Positions 9,244 to 18,396 of a stretch of DNA of 33,456 nt are shown here, one piece after another. The notes beneath the pieces were generated by a model, which saw only the letters and a program-made list of their open reading frames with translations, made no database searches and had not been told where the DNA came from. The translations under genes were made by a program, and so were the position numbers. The stretch's first letter is position 1; each line of letters starts with the position of its first letter. This stretch comes from Prochloraceae cyanobacterium (GTDB lineage Bacteria; Cyanobacteriota; Cyanobacteriia; Cyanobacteriales; JBFRWL01): the NCBI GenBank assembly GCA_051439565.1, contig JBFRWL010000139.1:1-33456 (forward strand). Reading direction: 5' to 3'.

Positions 9244-10389
9244 CTATACGGTTGCGACTCCAACCTCTTTCTTAGCCGCCTCAGATTTATCTCGGATCGC
9301 GAAGCGTTTATCTAGGACTTCGAGTTTTTCCTTAATGCCGGTATACTCTAGCTCGGTCATGGGTAACATAGCGGGACCAAAGAAACCTTGACGGCGCATC
9401 TCTAGAGCTTTATTAGCTACTTTATCCCGAACGGTATCCCAGAAAGGATGAGCGAAGGTATCGACTGCCTCTGTCAGCTTGCCTTCGTGTACGCACAAAG
9501 CAGTACCGCTCACTACTGGCGGACCGTCAAAATAGCTGATGCTAGAATTCAAAGACACTGGCATAAGTGGCATCTGGTGCGAACCGCGCATGCAACCAGC
9601 GACGTAAGGACCCATAGCATAGGGTGCTAAGATTTCACCAGTAGCAGGGAAGTTTTTTTGCACTCGCACTAGCATAACCGGATCGTCCTTACCCGTATAC
9701 TTGCCAGCGATATTGTGCAGCCGCGAGGTAGAAACGATAACTGCTTGATCTCCAGTGGAACGCGACCAGATCGATTCAATCACGTAGCGTTCTGGGTCTC
9801 GTAACAGTGCGGCAATATCGTAGAGTTCTTCCGGTGCGTTTAGTTCGATTAGGCGATCGCCTTCAGTGTAATTCACGTCCATAATTACGAACTTGAAGCC
9901 TTTTGCCATCGACGGTGCCAGTATCAATCCTGGCGTATTCATGGGATCGGCAAAAGCAAGATAGAGCGGTAAATTGTATGCTCCTGGATCAGTCTTATCG
10001 GCAGCGAAAAATAGGAAAGGCTCATTAGGTCGCTCTTCAAACTCCATCTCCGCTACAGCGGGTCCCATGCCGCGCACGTTGCCAGAAAAGGCATCTTTGA
10101 GCAGATCCTGACCAGCACCATACAAACCTTGTATGTTAGCTATCTCGGTTCCAGCAATAAACGCATCCCAGGCTAATTTGTGAATCTCCCGGTTTCCGAT
10201 TCCACGAGTATGGGTCATCAATATGGCAATATCATCACCCGTATGGCTGATATAACTGTCGATTAGCAACCCGACACCGTGTTCTGCTATGTAAGACTTC
10301 ACTCTTTCCAGCAAGCGCTGGGACGGGCAAATATGACCGCCGACCGAACCAATATCTGCCTTAATAACGCTTAAGGTAATCTTCATCAC
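9244..10389 (-). CDS. Fructose-1,6-bisphosphate aldolase/phosphatase (class V, archaeal-type FBPase)
   Basis: The blocks MMKITLSVIKADIGSVGGH, LYGAGQDLL..FSGNVRGMGP, DKTDPGAYNLPLY, GKYTGKDDPVMLVR, CMRGSHQMPLMPV and FDGPP match, from memory, the full-length ~380-aa class V enzyme (e.g. Sulfolobus tokodaii ST0318). An AAGGAGG Shine-Dalgarno sits 7 nt before the ATG. Confidence 0.88.
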   Translation of the reverse strand: MMKITLSVIKADIGSVGGHICPSQRLLERVKSYIAEHGVGLLIDSYISHTGDDIAILMTHTRGIGNREIHKLAWDAFIAGTEIANIQGLYGAGQDLLKDAFSGNVRGMGPAVAEMEFEERPNEPFLFFAADKTDPGAYNLPLYLAFADPMNTPGLILAPSMAKGFKFVIMDVNYTEGDRLIELNAPEELYDIAALLRDPERYVIESIWSRSTGDQAVIVSTSRLHNIAGKYTGKDDPVMLVRVQKNFPATGEILAPYAMGPYVAGCMRGSHQMPLMPVSLNSSISYFDGPPVVSGTALCVHEGKLTEAVDTFAHPFWDTVRDKVANKALEMRRQGFFGPAMLPMTELEYTGIKEKLEVLDKRFAIRDKSEAAKKEVGVATV

Positions 10390-10570
10390 ATACCCTCCTT
10401 ATCGCAAAGGCTGCCCTACTGCTGAGGCTACTCTAGCAATCCTCAATGATTAGTAAAATCTGACTGTATTATGTGTCATTCGTTCTTAATCCTTAGTCCC
10501 AGGTTGACACAATTGAGGAATGACAAAGGACAATTGAAGCTAGTTTTTCAACACTGACAGAGGAATGCTA

Positions 10571-10694
10571 TAAGCTGATGTGCATCTAAATTGCATATCG
10601 TTTAGTTAGGGAAGCAACCATCAAATCCTCTCCTCGTTTACCCTTTCCTCCCGTCAGACGAGAGCTGGTAAATTAAATACTTGACAGCTTAGTT
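10571..10694 (+). repeat. ~120-nt dispersed element with 7-bp terminal inverted repeats (TAAGCTG...CAGCTTA), copy A; candidate structured sRNA or MITE
   Basis: Its 5' block taagctgatgtgcatctaaattgcatatcgtttagttagggaagcaacc and 3' block ccgtcag...aattaaatacttgacagcttagtt recur in the same orientation at 24306-24421. The internal 8-bp hairpin gatgtgca/tgcatatc contains a G-U wobble that pairs only in plus-strand RNA. Confidence 0.45.
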
Positions 10695-11015
10695 ACTATC
10701 CCATCGGACGCAGCAGGCAGGAGGACTCTGCTAATATTATCTTAGCTACTGGAGTTTGAAGAAAATTACATTTTTTGGTCTTTTTTTATCAAAATTAACC
10801 CTAGTTTGCAAAAAGTTATTAATGCTTCGCTAGTTTTGGTCCAACTACTTTTGTTTCCACTTTCTATGCTTCAGCAATACTACGCATGACACTCACGGAA
10901 AGGAGGTTAACATATTGAGAGTTAAAAAAGGTAATTTTTGCACCCTAAACATTGCCCGTCTGAACGAATCGCTCGTTTGAGGAAGGGATTTTACGCCGTA
11001 TTTTGATAAAAAGCT

Positions 11016-12842
11016 TTACCCAGAGCCTTCTAAAACACTCTCTGCTGACTTATTATCTAAGGGTTTGAAAAAAAAGTATCCTTGAGCAGACTCGCATCCT
11101 ATGGCTTTGAGTTGATCGGCCTGGTTGTTAGTTTCTACACCTTCAGCGACGACATCCATACCTAGATTGTGGGATAAGGTGACGATCGCCTTAATAATTT
11201 TTAGATTCTCGTCATTGCGATCGACTCTATTAATAAAAGAGCGATCGATTTTTAAAGTATCTACCGGAAAACGGTGCAGATAACTCAAGGAGGAATATCC
11301 GGTGCCAAAATCATCTATGCTTAACTGAATCTGCCGAGATTTTAATTGCTCTAGAATCGTAGTCACTGATTCAGCATTATCCATAATCACGCTTTCGGTA
11401 ATTTCTAGCTTTAAACTACTACCCTCGAGTTGAGTTTCTGCGAGAATTTTGTCGATCTGGTCGATCAGATCCGGTTGGTAAAACTGTTTCACAGAAAGGT
11501 TGACACTGATAGTCAAATTTTTATTGAGATATTGATTTTGCCAATAATGAAGCTGACAGCAAGCTTCGCGCAATACTAACATTCCAATAGGAATAATTAA
11601 TCCGGTTTCTTCTGCTAAGGGGATAAATTCCCCTGGAGATACCATTCCTTTTTCTGGATGATGCCAGCGTACCAGAGCCTCAAATCCGGTGATTTTCCCA
11701 GTAATTAGAGACACAATTGGTTGGTAGTGAACGAAGAACTCTTGGCGAGCAATAGCTCGTCGCAAATCAGTTTCTAACTGTAAGATTTTCTGAGCGCGAA
11801 CGCGCATTTGGGTTTCAAATACTTGATAGCGGCCTTTGCCCAGTTCTTTAGCACAATACATTGCTGTGTCAGCATCTCTGAGGATTGTCTCTGGTTGTTG
11901 ATAATCTTTCGTACCGAGAACAATACCCACACTAGCGTTGATAAATATCTTATGTTCCTCCAGCCAAAAAGGTTCGTTTAGTGCTTTGTGGATTCGCTGG
12001 GCAATGGTAGTAGCGCTGCTGATATCTTCGAGTTCATCTATGAGAATAGCAAACTCGTCTCCGCCTAGGCGAGCAATGGTATCATTGGGACGCAGACAAG
12101 ATTTTAAACGGCGAGCAACTGCGATCATAAGTTGATCTCCCATCAAATGACCGAGGGAATCGTTGATTACCTTGAAGCGATCGCAGTCTAAAAACAATAC
12201 CCCAAACAAATAATCTTGCTGAATTTTGGCATACTTGAGTGCTTGGTTCAGTCGCTCCAAGAAAAAAGCTCGATTTGGCATACCAGTAAGGTTATCGTGG
12301 AACGCTCTATGCACTAATTCCTTCTGGTATTTTTCGCGCTGAGCGATTTCCTGTTTCAGTTGTTGATTAGCCGTTTCCAATTGAATGGTACGGTTTCTAA
12401 CCCGTTGTTCGAGTTCTTGATTCAACTGTTTAATTTTTGCCTTTGCCGAGGAAAGACTGATTTGATTCTTGACGCGGACTAAAACTTCTTGTAAGTGAAA
12501 TGGTTTACTAATGTAATCGACTCCACCAACTTCAAAAGCTTTTACCTTATCTATCACTTCATCGAGAGCACTGAGGAAAATCACTGGAATCTCACAGGTA
12601 GCAGCATCTGCTTTTAGTTGTTGACAAACCTGATATCCGTCCATATCTGGCATCATAATATCGAGCAAAATTAGATCTGGCGGTAAAGTCCGCACTGCCT
12701 TGATAGCCATCCGACCCTTTTTAACCGCTCTAACTTCGTACCCTTGCTCTGTCAACATTCCTGATAAAAGGCGCAGGTTAGCCGGTGTATCGTCAACTAT
12801 TAATATATTTCCTTGACACTTATTCATAATAGTCTTTGGCAA
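11016..12842 (-). CDS. Response regulator with REC, coiled-coil, GGDEF and EAL domains (c-di-GMP turnover)
   Basis: The REC domain shows ILIVDD...LILLDIMMPDMDGY...ISKPF. The GGDEF motif (RLGGDEFAILI) is intact, with an RxxD I-site (RPND) five residues upstream. The EAL motifs EALVRW, EITES, DDFGTGYSSLSYL, KIDRSF, EGVET and QGYFF are all present. Confidence 0.9.
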   Translation of the reverse strand: MPKTIMNKCQGNILIVDDTPANLRLLSGMLTEQGYEVRAVKKGRMAIKAVRTLPPDLILLDIMMPDMDGYQVCQQLKADAATCEIPVIFLSALDEVIDKVKAFEVGGVDYISKPFHLQEVLVRVKNQISLSSAKAKIKQLNQELEQRVRNRTIQLETANQQLKQEIAQREKYQKELVHRAFHDNLTGMPNRAFFLERLNQALKYAKIQQDYLFGVLFLDCDRFKVINDSLGHLMGDQLMIAVARRLKSCLRPNDTIARLGGDEFAILIDELEDISSATTIAQRIHKALNEPFWLEEHKIFINASVGIVLGTKDYQQPETILRDADTAMYCAKELGKGRYQVFETQMRVRAQKILQLETDLRRAIARQEFFVHYQPIVSLITGKITGFEALVRWHHPEKGMVSPGEFIPLAEETGLIIPIGMLVLREACCQLHYWQNQYLNKNLTISVNLSVKQFYQPDLIDQIDKILAETQLEGSSLKLEITESVIMDNAESVTTILEQLKSRQIQLSIDDFGTGYSSLSYLHRFPVDTLKIDRSFINRVDRNDENLKIIKAIVTLSHNLGMDVVAEGVETNNQADQLKAIGCESAQGYFFFKPLDNKSAESVLEGSG

Positions 12843-13274
12843 CCTGCCAAAATAGTAGTCTTAGCAACATTAAAAATGAGGTTTAAAATTATTCTTATAA
12901 TTACTGTTTATAAAGTAACCTACAATTGGCAGGATCAACCAGGTTTATTTGATTTGAAATTTTAATTAGCTTAAACCCTAAATAACTTAGATGTTCTGTG
13001 AAATATGGCTGTCTTGAGGATAAATAATCCTCAATGCTTAGTCCTTTGTTAACGTCAGTTCGATAAGTAACAAAAATTCTGTAAGTGGCAATTCATACAA
13101 TTTCTTTTTTATTTTCTACAAATAGTTATGCCAATTTCACAAAATACTACCACAGATCAATTCTGGAGAATCTGTCCCCTGTTTCCTTTTCTAAATAACG
13201 AATGATCAAGAATAATTTTGTTTAGAGTTTAGAGTTTCACAACTTAAATATTAGGAATAAATAATTAATTAATA

Positions 13275-15566
13275 TTACTGAGAAAATTCAGTAGCTTGTT
13301 GAGCTAAATCCATGATTTCATCAAAACAAAAGTCATCGACTAAACAAGCGATCGCCTGAGTGAGAGAGGCATGGGACTCAGGAATTTGCTCTAGCAAAGT
13401 CAAAATCTCCTTAGCATTGGCTGCAGAAGCATAGTGGTAAAGTTGGTTAAGCCACTCAGTCGGCATTGCTGCTAGAGCAGATGGTGTCAGCGCTACTTTA
13501 GGAATGTCTGATGGAGGTGAGCTGATTGTTTGGTCTTCGTAGACATAACGCACTCCCAAATTGTTGGCTATTTTCTCTAAGAGTACTCCTTCACGAAAAG
13601 GTTTGCTAATAAAATCATCGCAGCCAGCGGCTAAGATTTTGCTTCGCTCCTGTTGAAAAGCGCTGGCAGTTAGAGCAATAATCACCGTAGCTTGACTGTT
13701 GAGATCTGCTTTGATCTGTTTGGTTGCTTCATAACCATTCATCACCGGCATATGCATGTCCATTAAAATCAGATGCGGCGACCAATTTTTCCACAGAGCA
13801 ATCCCTTCTCGACCATTGGTAGCTTGGATGACCTCGAAACCGATTACACTCAGCATATTCACTATTAACTGGCGATTTTCCTTTTTATCTTCCACTACCA
13901 AGATGCGATACTTAGGTAGATCCCCTACTAGCCCAATTACTTTTCGCTTTTGCTGCTTGTCTGTATCTCCATCACCTTGGGCTATACCAATCTGGATATC
14001 AAAGGTAAAAATAGTTCCCTGACCTAAATTACTGCTGACACTGATATTTCCTCCCATCAGTTCTATAAATTTGCAGCTAATAGCTAAACCCAAGCCTGTT
14101 CCTTCCTGCGATTTCCTTCCTGTTTTCGTTTGCACAAAAGGCTCAAACAAAGTTTCCATTTCTTGAGTCGCAATTCCAGCGCCAGTATCTTCTACTTCTA
14201 GCAGCAAACGGGTATTATTGGAGTTTGGGGATTTAGGGTCATTGATTTCTTCTTTTGTGGGAGCCATTCCCACCCGCAAGGTAACGCCTCCTTCTACAGT
14301 GAATTTAATTCCGTTACCTAAGAGGTTAATTAAAACTTGACGTAATTTCTTTTCGTCAGTTGTTATATAGTGGGGAACATCTGACGCTATTTCAAAGAGT
14401 AGCTGTAAACCTTTAGATTCTGCTCGCAGTCGTAACATCTGTTTGAGATTTTCGAGCATTGTATATAAGTCGAAGCTACTTTCATTAAGCTGGATTCGAC
14501 CTGACTCAATTCTGGACATTTCCAGCACGTCATTAATTAATTCCAATAAATGTAGACCACTTTGATTAATAATTTCGAGTTGTTCGATCTGCTCCTCGGT
14601 GAGGGATGGTTCGATAATTAGCAGTTGGGTGAAGCCAATGATAGCGTTTAGTGGCGTTCGCAGCTCGTGGCTCATGTTGGCTAGGAATTGGCTTTTGGCG
14701 CGATTAGCTACTTCCGCAGCTTCTTTAGCTTGTTGCAGCGCCTCTAGAGTTTGTTCTACTTGTAAGGCTTTTTCTAGGGCGATCGCTTCGCTTTGACGCA
14801 GAGCTTCGGCTCGTTGCTCCAAACTCTCTACCATTTCTCGAAGTCTGGCAGTCATAATGTTAAAGGCATTAGCCAACACTGCCAGTTCGTCGTTGCTAGA
14901 AATGGAGATTTCTTGGTTCAGATCGCCAGCAGCGAGGCGCTGTGTAGCGTCGAGCATTTTCTGTAAGGGATCTGAGATCGAGCGACTGAACAAGATTGCT
15001 AATAAAGTGCCGACAAGTGCTGCTGCCAGTGCGAGATAAATACCTTGATTGCGTACCGCAACAATTTTTTCCTCTAGAGGCGCTGTAGATAGCCCCACAC
15101 TGATTGCTCCTAGCGGCTCATTCCCCAAAATTACTGCCTTGCCAGCTATTAAGCAATCTTGATGCCACTGAAAAAGTATTTCGTTACTTTGCAGAATCTC
15201 TACTCCCAAAGGATCGGGATTGAGGCTATATATTTCTATGCGCGGGACATTGGCATCAGTGAGAATTCGCCCATCTTTTTGATAAATTCGACCGAAGACC
15301 AATACCTTATCCTCTCTAAGCTGAGTCACCAGATCTTCGATAAATTCCATGTCTCCAAAGTAGAGAGCATTAACTGTAGTTATGCTTAGAGTATTTAACA
15401 AGGTTTTAGCTTGTTGTTCGAGTTCTTTATGAAAGTTTTGTTGCTCCCGGCGAAGAGATAGACCCGTAATACTGCCCACCGCTACGATCACTAAAGTGGT
15501 CATCATTAGCGTCAATTTCGTGGTCAGCGACCCTTTCCCTGTGCGGAATCTACCGCTCCAATTCAT
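13275..15566 (-). CDS. Hybrid sensor histidine kinase (2 TM with extracytoplasmic domain, HAMP, HisKA, HATPase_c, REC, C-terminal unknown domain)
   Basis: It has TM1 ([19 protein letters not shown]), a ~140-aa outside domain and TM2 ([16 protein letters not shown]). These are followed by a HAMP-like segment, the H-box [16 protein letters not shown]-boxes DTGAGI and GTGLGL, and a receiver [11 protein letters not shown]...LILMDMHMP...SKPF. Its start overlaps the upstream gene's stop by 17 nt. Confidence 0.9.
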   Translation of the reverse strand: MNWSGRFRTGKGSLTTKLTLMMTTLVIVAVGSITGLSLRREQQNFHKELEQQAKTLLNTLSITTVNALYFGDMEFIEDLVTQLREDKVLVFGRIYQKDGRILTDANVPRIEIYSLNPDPLGVEILQSNEILFQWHQDCLIAGKAVILGNEPLGAISVGLSTAPLEEKIVAVRNQGIYLALAAALVGTLLAILFSRSISDPLQKMLDATQRLAAGDLNQEISISSNDELAVLANAFNIMTARLREMVESLEQRAEALRQSEAIALEKALQVEQTLEALQQAKEAAEVANRAKSQFLANMSHELRTPLNAIIGFTQLLIIEPSLTEEQIEQLEIINQSGLHLLELINDVLEMSRIESGRIQLNESSFDLYTMLENLKQMLRLRAESKGLQLLFEIASDVPHYITTDEKKLRQVLINLLGNGIKFTVEGGVTLRVGMAPTKEEINDPKSPNSNNTRLLLEVEDTGAGIATQEMETLFEPFVQTKTGRKSQEGTGLGLAISCKFIELMGGNISVSSNLGQGTIFTFDIQIGIAQGDGDTDKQQKRKVIGLVGDLPKYRILVVEDKKENRQLIVNMLSVIGFEVIQATNGREGIALWKNWSPHLILMDMHMPVMNGYEATKQIKADLNSQATVIIALTASAFQQERSKILAAGCDDFISKPFREGVLLEKIANNLGVRYVYEDQTISSPPSDIPKVALTPSALAAMPTEWLNQLYHYASAANAKEILTLLEQIPESHASLTQAIACLVDDFCFDEIMDLAQQATEFSQ

Positions 15567-16536
15567 GTTGCTTAATCTTGGCGTACAACTCTCGCATTCT
15601 GCTCAATAACCCTTCAACGGGAAATTCATCAAACTTAGTAGTTTTTTGAAACTGCTCTAGAATAGCCTGTCCTTCAGGCGTTCGATCCATCTTCAGCAGC
15701 AAGGTCTTAATAGCTTCCACCATCTCAGGCTCCATATCAGCTCTCACCACCGCCAGACCTCGAGGTAATGTCTCGGTTTTTTCCAAAATGAGCATCGACT
15801 GGCGAATTTTCTCAGGAATCTTCTCGAAATTGCCATTGTCAGTAGCAGCAGCAGCTACCTTGCCCCCGATCGTCCATTCAATAGTATTGTCATCATCATT
15901 AGTGAAGATGTATCCTACTTGCTCTGCTGATACTGGCGCACTTACTGAGGTCTTTTCTACCGGATTCAGTCCAGACTCAATTAGATAGGTTACGGGTAAG
16001 AAATAGCCCGAGGTAGAACTGGGATTGTCTAGGGCAATTATTTTTCCTTTCAGGTTGGATAAAGAATTTATGCCTCGATCGCTCATAGCGAAAAATACTG
16101 TGTAGTAGTCGCCACTACCCTTCTTCCAGCGACGCAAAATAGGTTTAGCACCAGAAACATCAACTACTCTCATAACAGCATAAACGCTGTCAAAGTAGAC
16201 ATCAACTTCACCAGACTTGAGCCATTCAGCTATTGTTTCCCAATCAGAAGCTACTTTTACTCTACCCCTGCCGATATTAAACTGGCTCAAATTGGCAGCT
16301 AGATAATCAGCTAAGGGCTGGTATTGTTTAACTATCCTCTGGGGATTGGTGTTAGTATCGGCTATGACGATCGCTTGGGTGACTTTGGGATTAGTTGAAG
16401 ATTGCGAGATAGAGTTTGTTTTCGATTGGGAGCTACAGCTTGCTAAGGTGGCAAGTATGCTCGCGAATGCAACTTGTCTCAAAAGCTTGGATAACATTTG
16501 CTCTTTTTGGGGAGATATAGATATGATGACACGCAA
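15550..16536 (-). CDS. PhnD-like (phosphate/phosphonate-type) periplasmic substrate-binding lipoprotein, orphan
   Basis: The fold and length match a PhnD-type ABC substrate-binding protein as recalled. A lipobox LASC in [23 protein letters not shown] suggests the real start is the internal Met at about 16497. No permease or ATPase genes are adjacent, and the 3' end overlaps the histidine kinase start. Confidence 0.78.
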   Translation of the reverse strand: MRVIISISPQKEQMLSKLLRQVAFASILATLASCSSQSKTNSISQSSTNPKVTQAIVIADTNTNPQRIVKQYQPLADYLAANLSQFNIGRGRVKVASDWETIAEWLKSGEVDVYFDSVYAVMRVVDVSGAKPILRRWKKGSGDYYTVFFAMSDRGINSLSNLKGKIIALDNPSSTSGYFLPVTYLIESGLNPVEKTSVSAPVSAEQVGYIFTNDDDNTIEWTIGGKVAAAATDNGNFEKIPEKIRQSMLILEKTETLPRGLAVVRADMEPEMVEAIKTLLLKMDRTPEGQAILEQFQKTTKFDEFPVEGLLSRMRELYAKIKQHELER

Positions 16537-16722
16537 TACAGTTAGATTTCACGAATTGTTTAGGATTGCTGTCTTACAGGCTATCAACTTAAGCTAGGAC
16601 ATTTTGATGGTGAGAAGGTTTTAAGTATTAGATTAATGAATTTTAGCATTACTCGCCGGGAATCCTCCTCTTCATTCAAAGAATTGAAGAGGGCATGAAA
16701 GGCAAGATAATATCTTTTGCTC

Positions 16723-16977
16723 TTAAGCAACTAGCGTGCATATACCACCTCTTCGTCTAACTTTTATTACCTTGTTGATTCCTGCTGTCAGGTTTTTGAT
16801 CTTCATATCATCTGAAACCAGCTTTACTCTGGTTCCCTTATTTTGCATTGCAACTACTACATAAACCTTCTGATTAAACAGAACTAAATCGTGTTGTCTG
16901 TAAGGATAACGATGGTGTTTAATCTTTAAGTCTCTCCGTTTAGTTTTGGTGAGGTAGCCAAACGTAGCTTCTAAGGT
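16723..16977 (-). pseudogene. Start-less open frame, possible 3' remnant of an HNH/RRXRR-type endonuclease-like gene
   Basis: An 84-codon open frame (TLEATFGYLTKTKRRDLKIKHHRYPYRQHDLVLFNQKVYVVVAMQNKGTRVKLVSDDMKIKNLTAGINKVIKVRRRGGICTLVA) has its first ATG only 41 codons from the end. The tail pattern resembles, from memory, the C-terminal tails of cyanobacterial HNH/RRXRR endonucleases. This is weak evidence. Confidence 0.25.
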
Positions 16978-17055
16978 TTATTTTTCACCGATAACTAAAC
17001 CGTCTGCCCTCGAGCCTAACTCAGATGCAGTTGCTTTTGGTGCCTCCTGCTTTCT

Positions 17056-17898
17056 TCAAGGATATAACCACCATAAAACAGCTCCTGTTCCCAGTAAACA
17101 GATAATTCCCGATATGCCTGCTAAGGGCTGTTTTGCTGCACCAGTCATCCACACTGAACCTTTACCGGTGTAAGAAATCAACTGTGCCTCCTCCAGACAG
17201 GATAAACCCCAAATCCAACCGGAATGTAATCCAATCGCTAAAGCTAAGCTACCACCATCTGCCAATCTAGCTCCTAGCAATACTATCCCCATCAGCCAAA
17301 GTCCAGGCAATTGGGGTATAGTTTTTTTCGGTTCCCAAATCAAATGGGAAAGGGCAAAAATCAGGCTAGAAATTGCTGCAGCTATCCAGATAAAATAATC
17401 TTCCTCTAACTGGTTAATTAAAAAACCCCGAAAAATCAATTCTTCTGTGATTCCTATCCACAGTCCCAATCCGAGAATCGGCAGACAAACTGAGCGCAAA
17501 CGCTGTCTATTTTCTGGGTGCCAGTTAATCCACCCTAATAGGTACTCGGTCCCAAATACGACTGCTAAACTGCTAATTCCTAGACCTAATCCTCTTGCTA
17601 AAGAGATAAAAATAGTAGGCTGCCAATCTAAACCATAATCTGAAAAAGATACTTCCTCAACGCGAGCAGCTCCCCATACAACTAGGGGAGCAATTAGGTA
17701 CAGAGAAGCAAGTAATGGTAGTTTTTGCTCTGTCTTTAATGGTTTGGCTGGATGCCATTTAATTAACTTAGCCACCGGAATTGCTATAGGTAACCAAACA
17801 ACCAACCAAACAAGCAAAAAAATGATCGTTCCTACCAAAGAATTACTGCTTTTGAGATAGTTTAGCCATTGATTTACCTCGAGATTGAAGATCGTCAT
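17056..17898 (-). CDS. CPBP family intramembrane glutamic endopeptidase (CAAX protease/bacteriocin-processing family)
   Basis: It is a multi-TM protein carrying the signature motifs ITEELIFRGF and FALSHLIW, plus a later GLHSGW. Confidence 0.85.
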   Translation of the reverse strand: MTIFNLEVNQWLNYLKSSNSLVGTIIFLLVWLVVWLPIAIPVAKLIKWHPAKPLKTEQKLPLLASLYLIAPLVVWGAARVEEVSFSDYGLDWQPTIFISLARGLGLGISSLAVVFGTEYLLGWINWHPENRQRLRSVCLPILGLGLWIGITEELIFRGFLINQLEEDYFIWIAAAISSLIFALSHLIWEPKKTIPQLPGLWLMGIVLLGARLADGGSLALAIGLHSGWIWGLSCLEEAQLISYTGKGSVWMTGAAKQPLAGISGIICLLGTGAVLWWLYP

Positions 17899-17937
17899 AG
17901 GCGAAGAAGAGCGTCTTAATCTTGCAGCTTGTACTCA

Positions 17938-17958
17938 AACTACCTACTGGAGGTAGTT
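17938..17958 (-). terminator. Candidate stem-loop terminator downstream of the cyAbrB gene
   Basis: aactacct-actgg-aggtagtt is a perfect 8-bp stem about 25 nt after the cyAbrB stop. On the minus strand it is followed by tttgag, a weak U-tract. Confidence 0.35.
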
Positions 17959-17982
17959 TTATAGTCAATCAATCAACAACGA

Positions 17983-18396
17983 TTATGCTGTAACAGCTTC
18001 TGGCTCTTCTACTAAACTATCTGAGTCCATCAGATCTATCTGTTTTAAGTGAATGTGTTTGTAGCCTAATTTGATTTCAAACTCATCTCCGGGCTTTAAG
18101 TTCATTGCCTTTGTATAAGTTGAACCAATCACAATTTGACCGTTTTGATGGACGCTAACGCGATAGGTTGGCTCTCGACCGCGACCGTCTTTTGTTCCTT
18201 CTGGATTAAGAGGAACTCCTTTAGCAGCAAGAACTGCGTCGTAAAAATCTGTTAAATTAACCCTGGTTTGGTTATTTTTGGTTACTGTGTAATATCCACA
18301 GCGTTTGGCTGTTTCTCGTCGAGGTAAGTGGGATAGCTCTTTTACTTTTTGAAGTAGAGCTTTTCCTGTTAAGGCAGTACTCGCGTTTTCACTCAT
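17983..18396 (-). CDS. Cyanobacterial AbrB-like transcriptional regulator (cyAbrB; C-terminal AbrB/SpoVT domain)
   Basis: The N-terminal part LTGKALLQKVKELSHLPRRETAKRCGYY and the C-terminal swapped-hairpin block YRVSVHQNGQIVIGSTYTKAMNLKPGDEFEIKLGYKHIHLKQ are typical of the cyAbrB (Sll0359/Sll0822-type) family as recalled. Confidence 0.85.
   Translation of the reverse strand: MSENASTALTGKALLQKVKELSHLPRRETAKRCGYYTVTKNNQTRVNLTDFYDAVLAAKGVPLNPEGTKDGRGREPTYRVSVHQNGQIVIGSTYTKAMNLKPGDEFEIKLGYKHIHLKQIDLMDSDSLVEEPEAVTA

Noticed and set aside
13756-15389. Plus-strand ORFs antisense to the histidine kinase (13756-14022, 14599-14796, 14857-15039, 15159-15389). Similar small antisense ORFs occur in the GGDEF-EAL, SBP, CPBP, sdhB, PQQ-dehydrogenase, RnfD-like, DUF2330-like, SBP3 and methyltransferase genes.
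   Set aside because: They are short, lie fully inside well-supported genes on the opposite strand, and have no recognisable motifs. I treat them as frame shadows.
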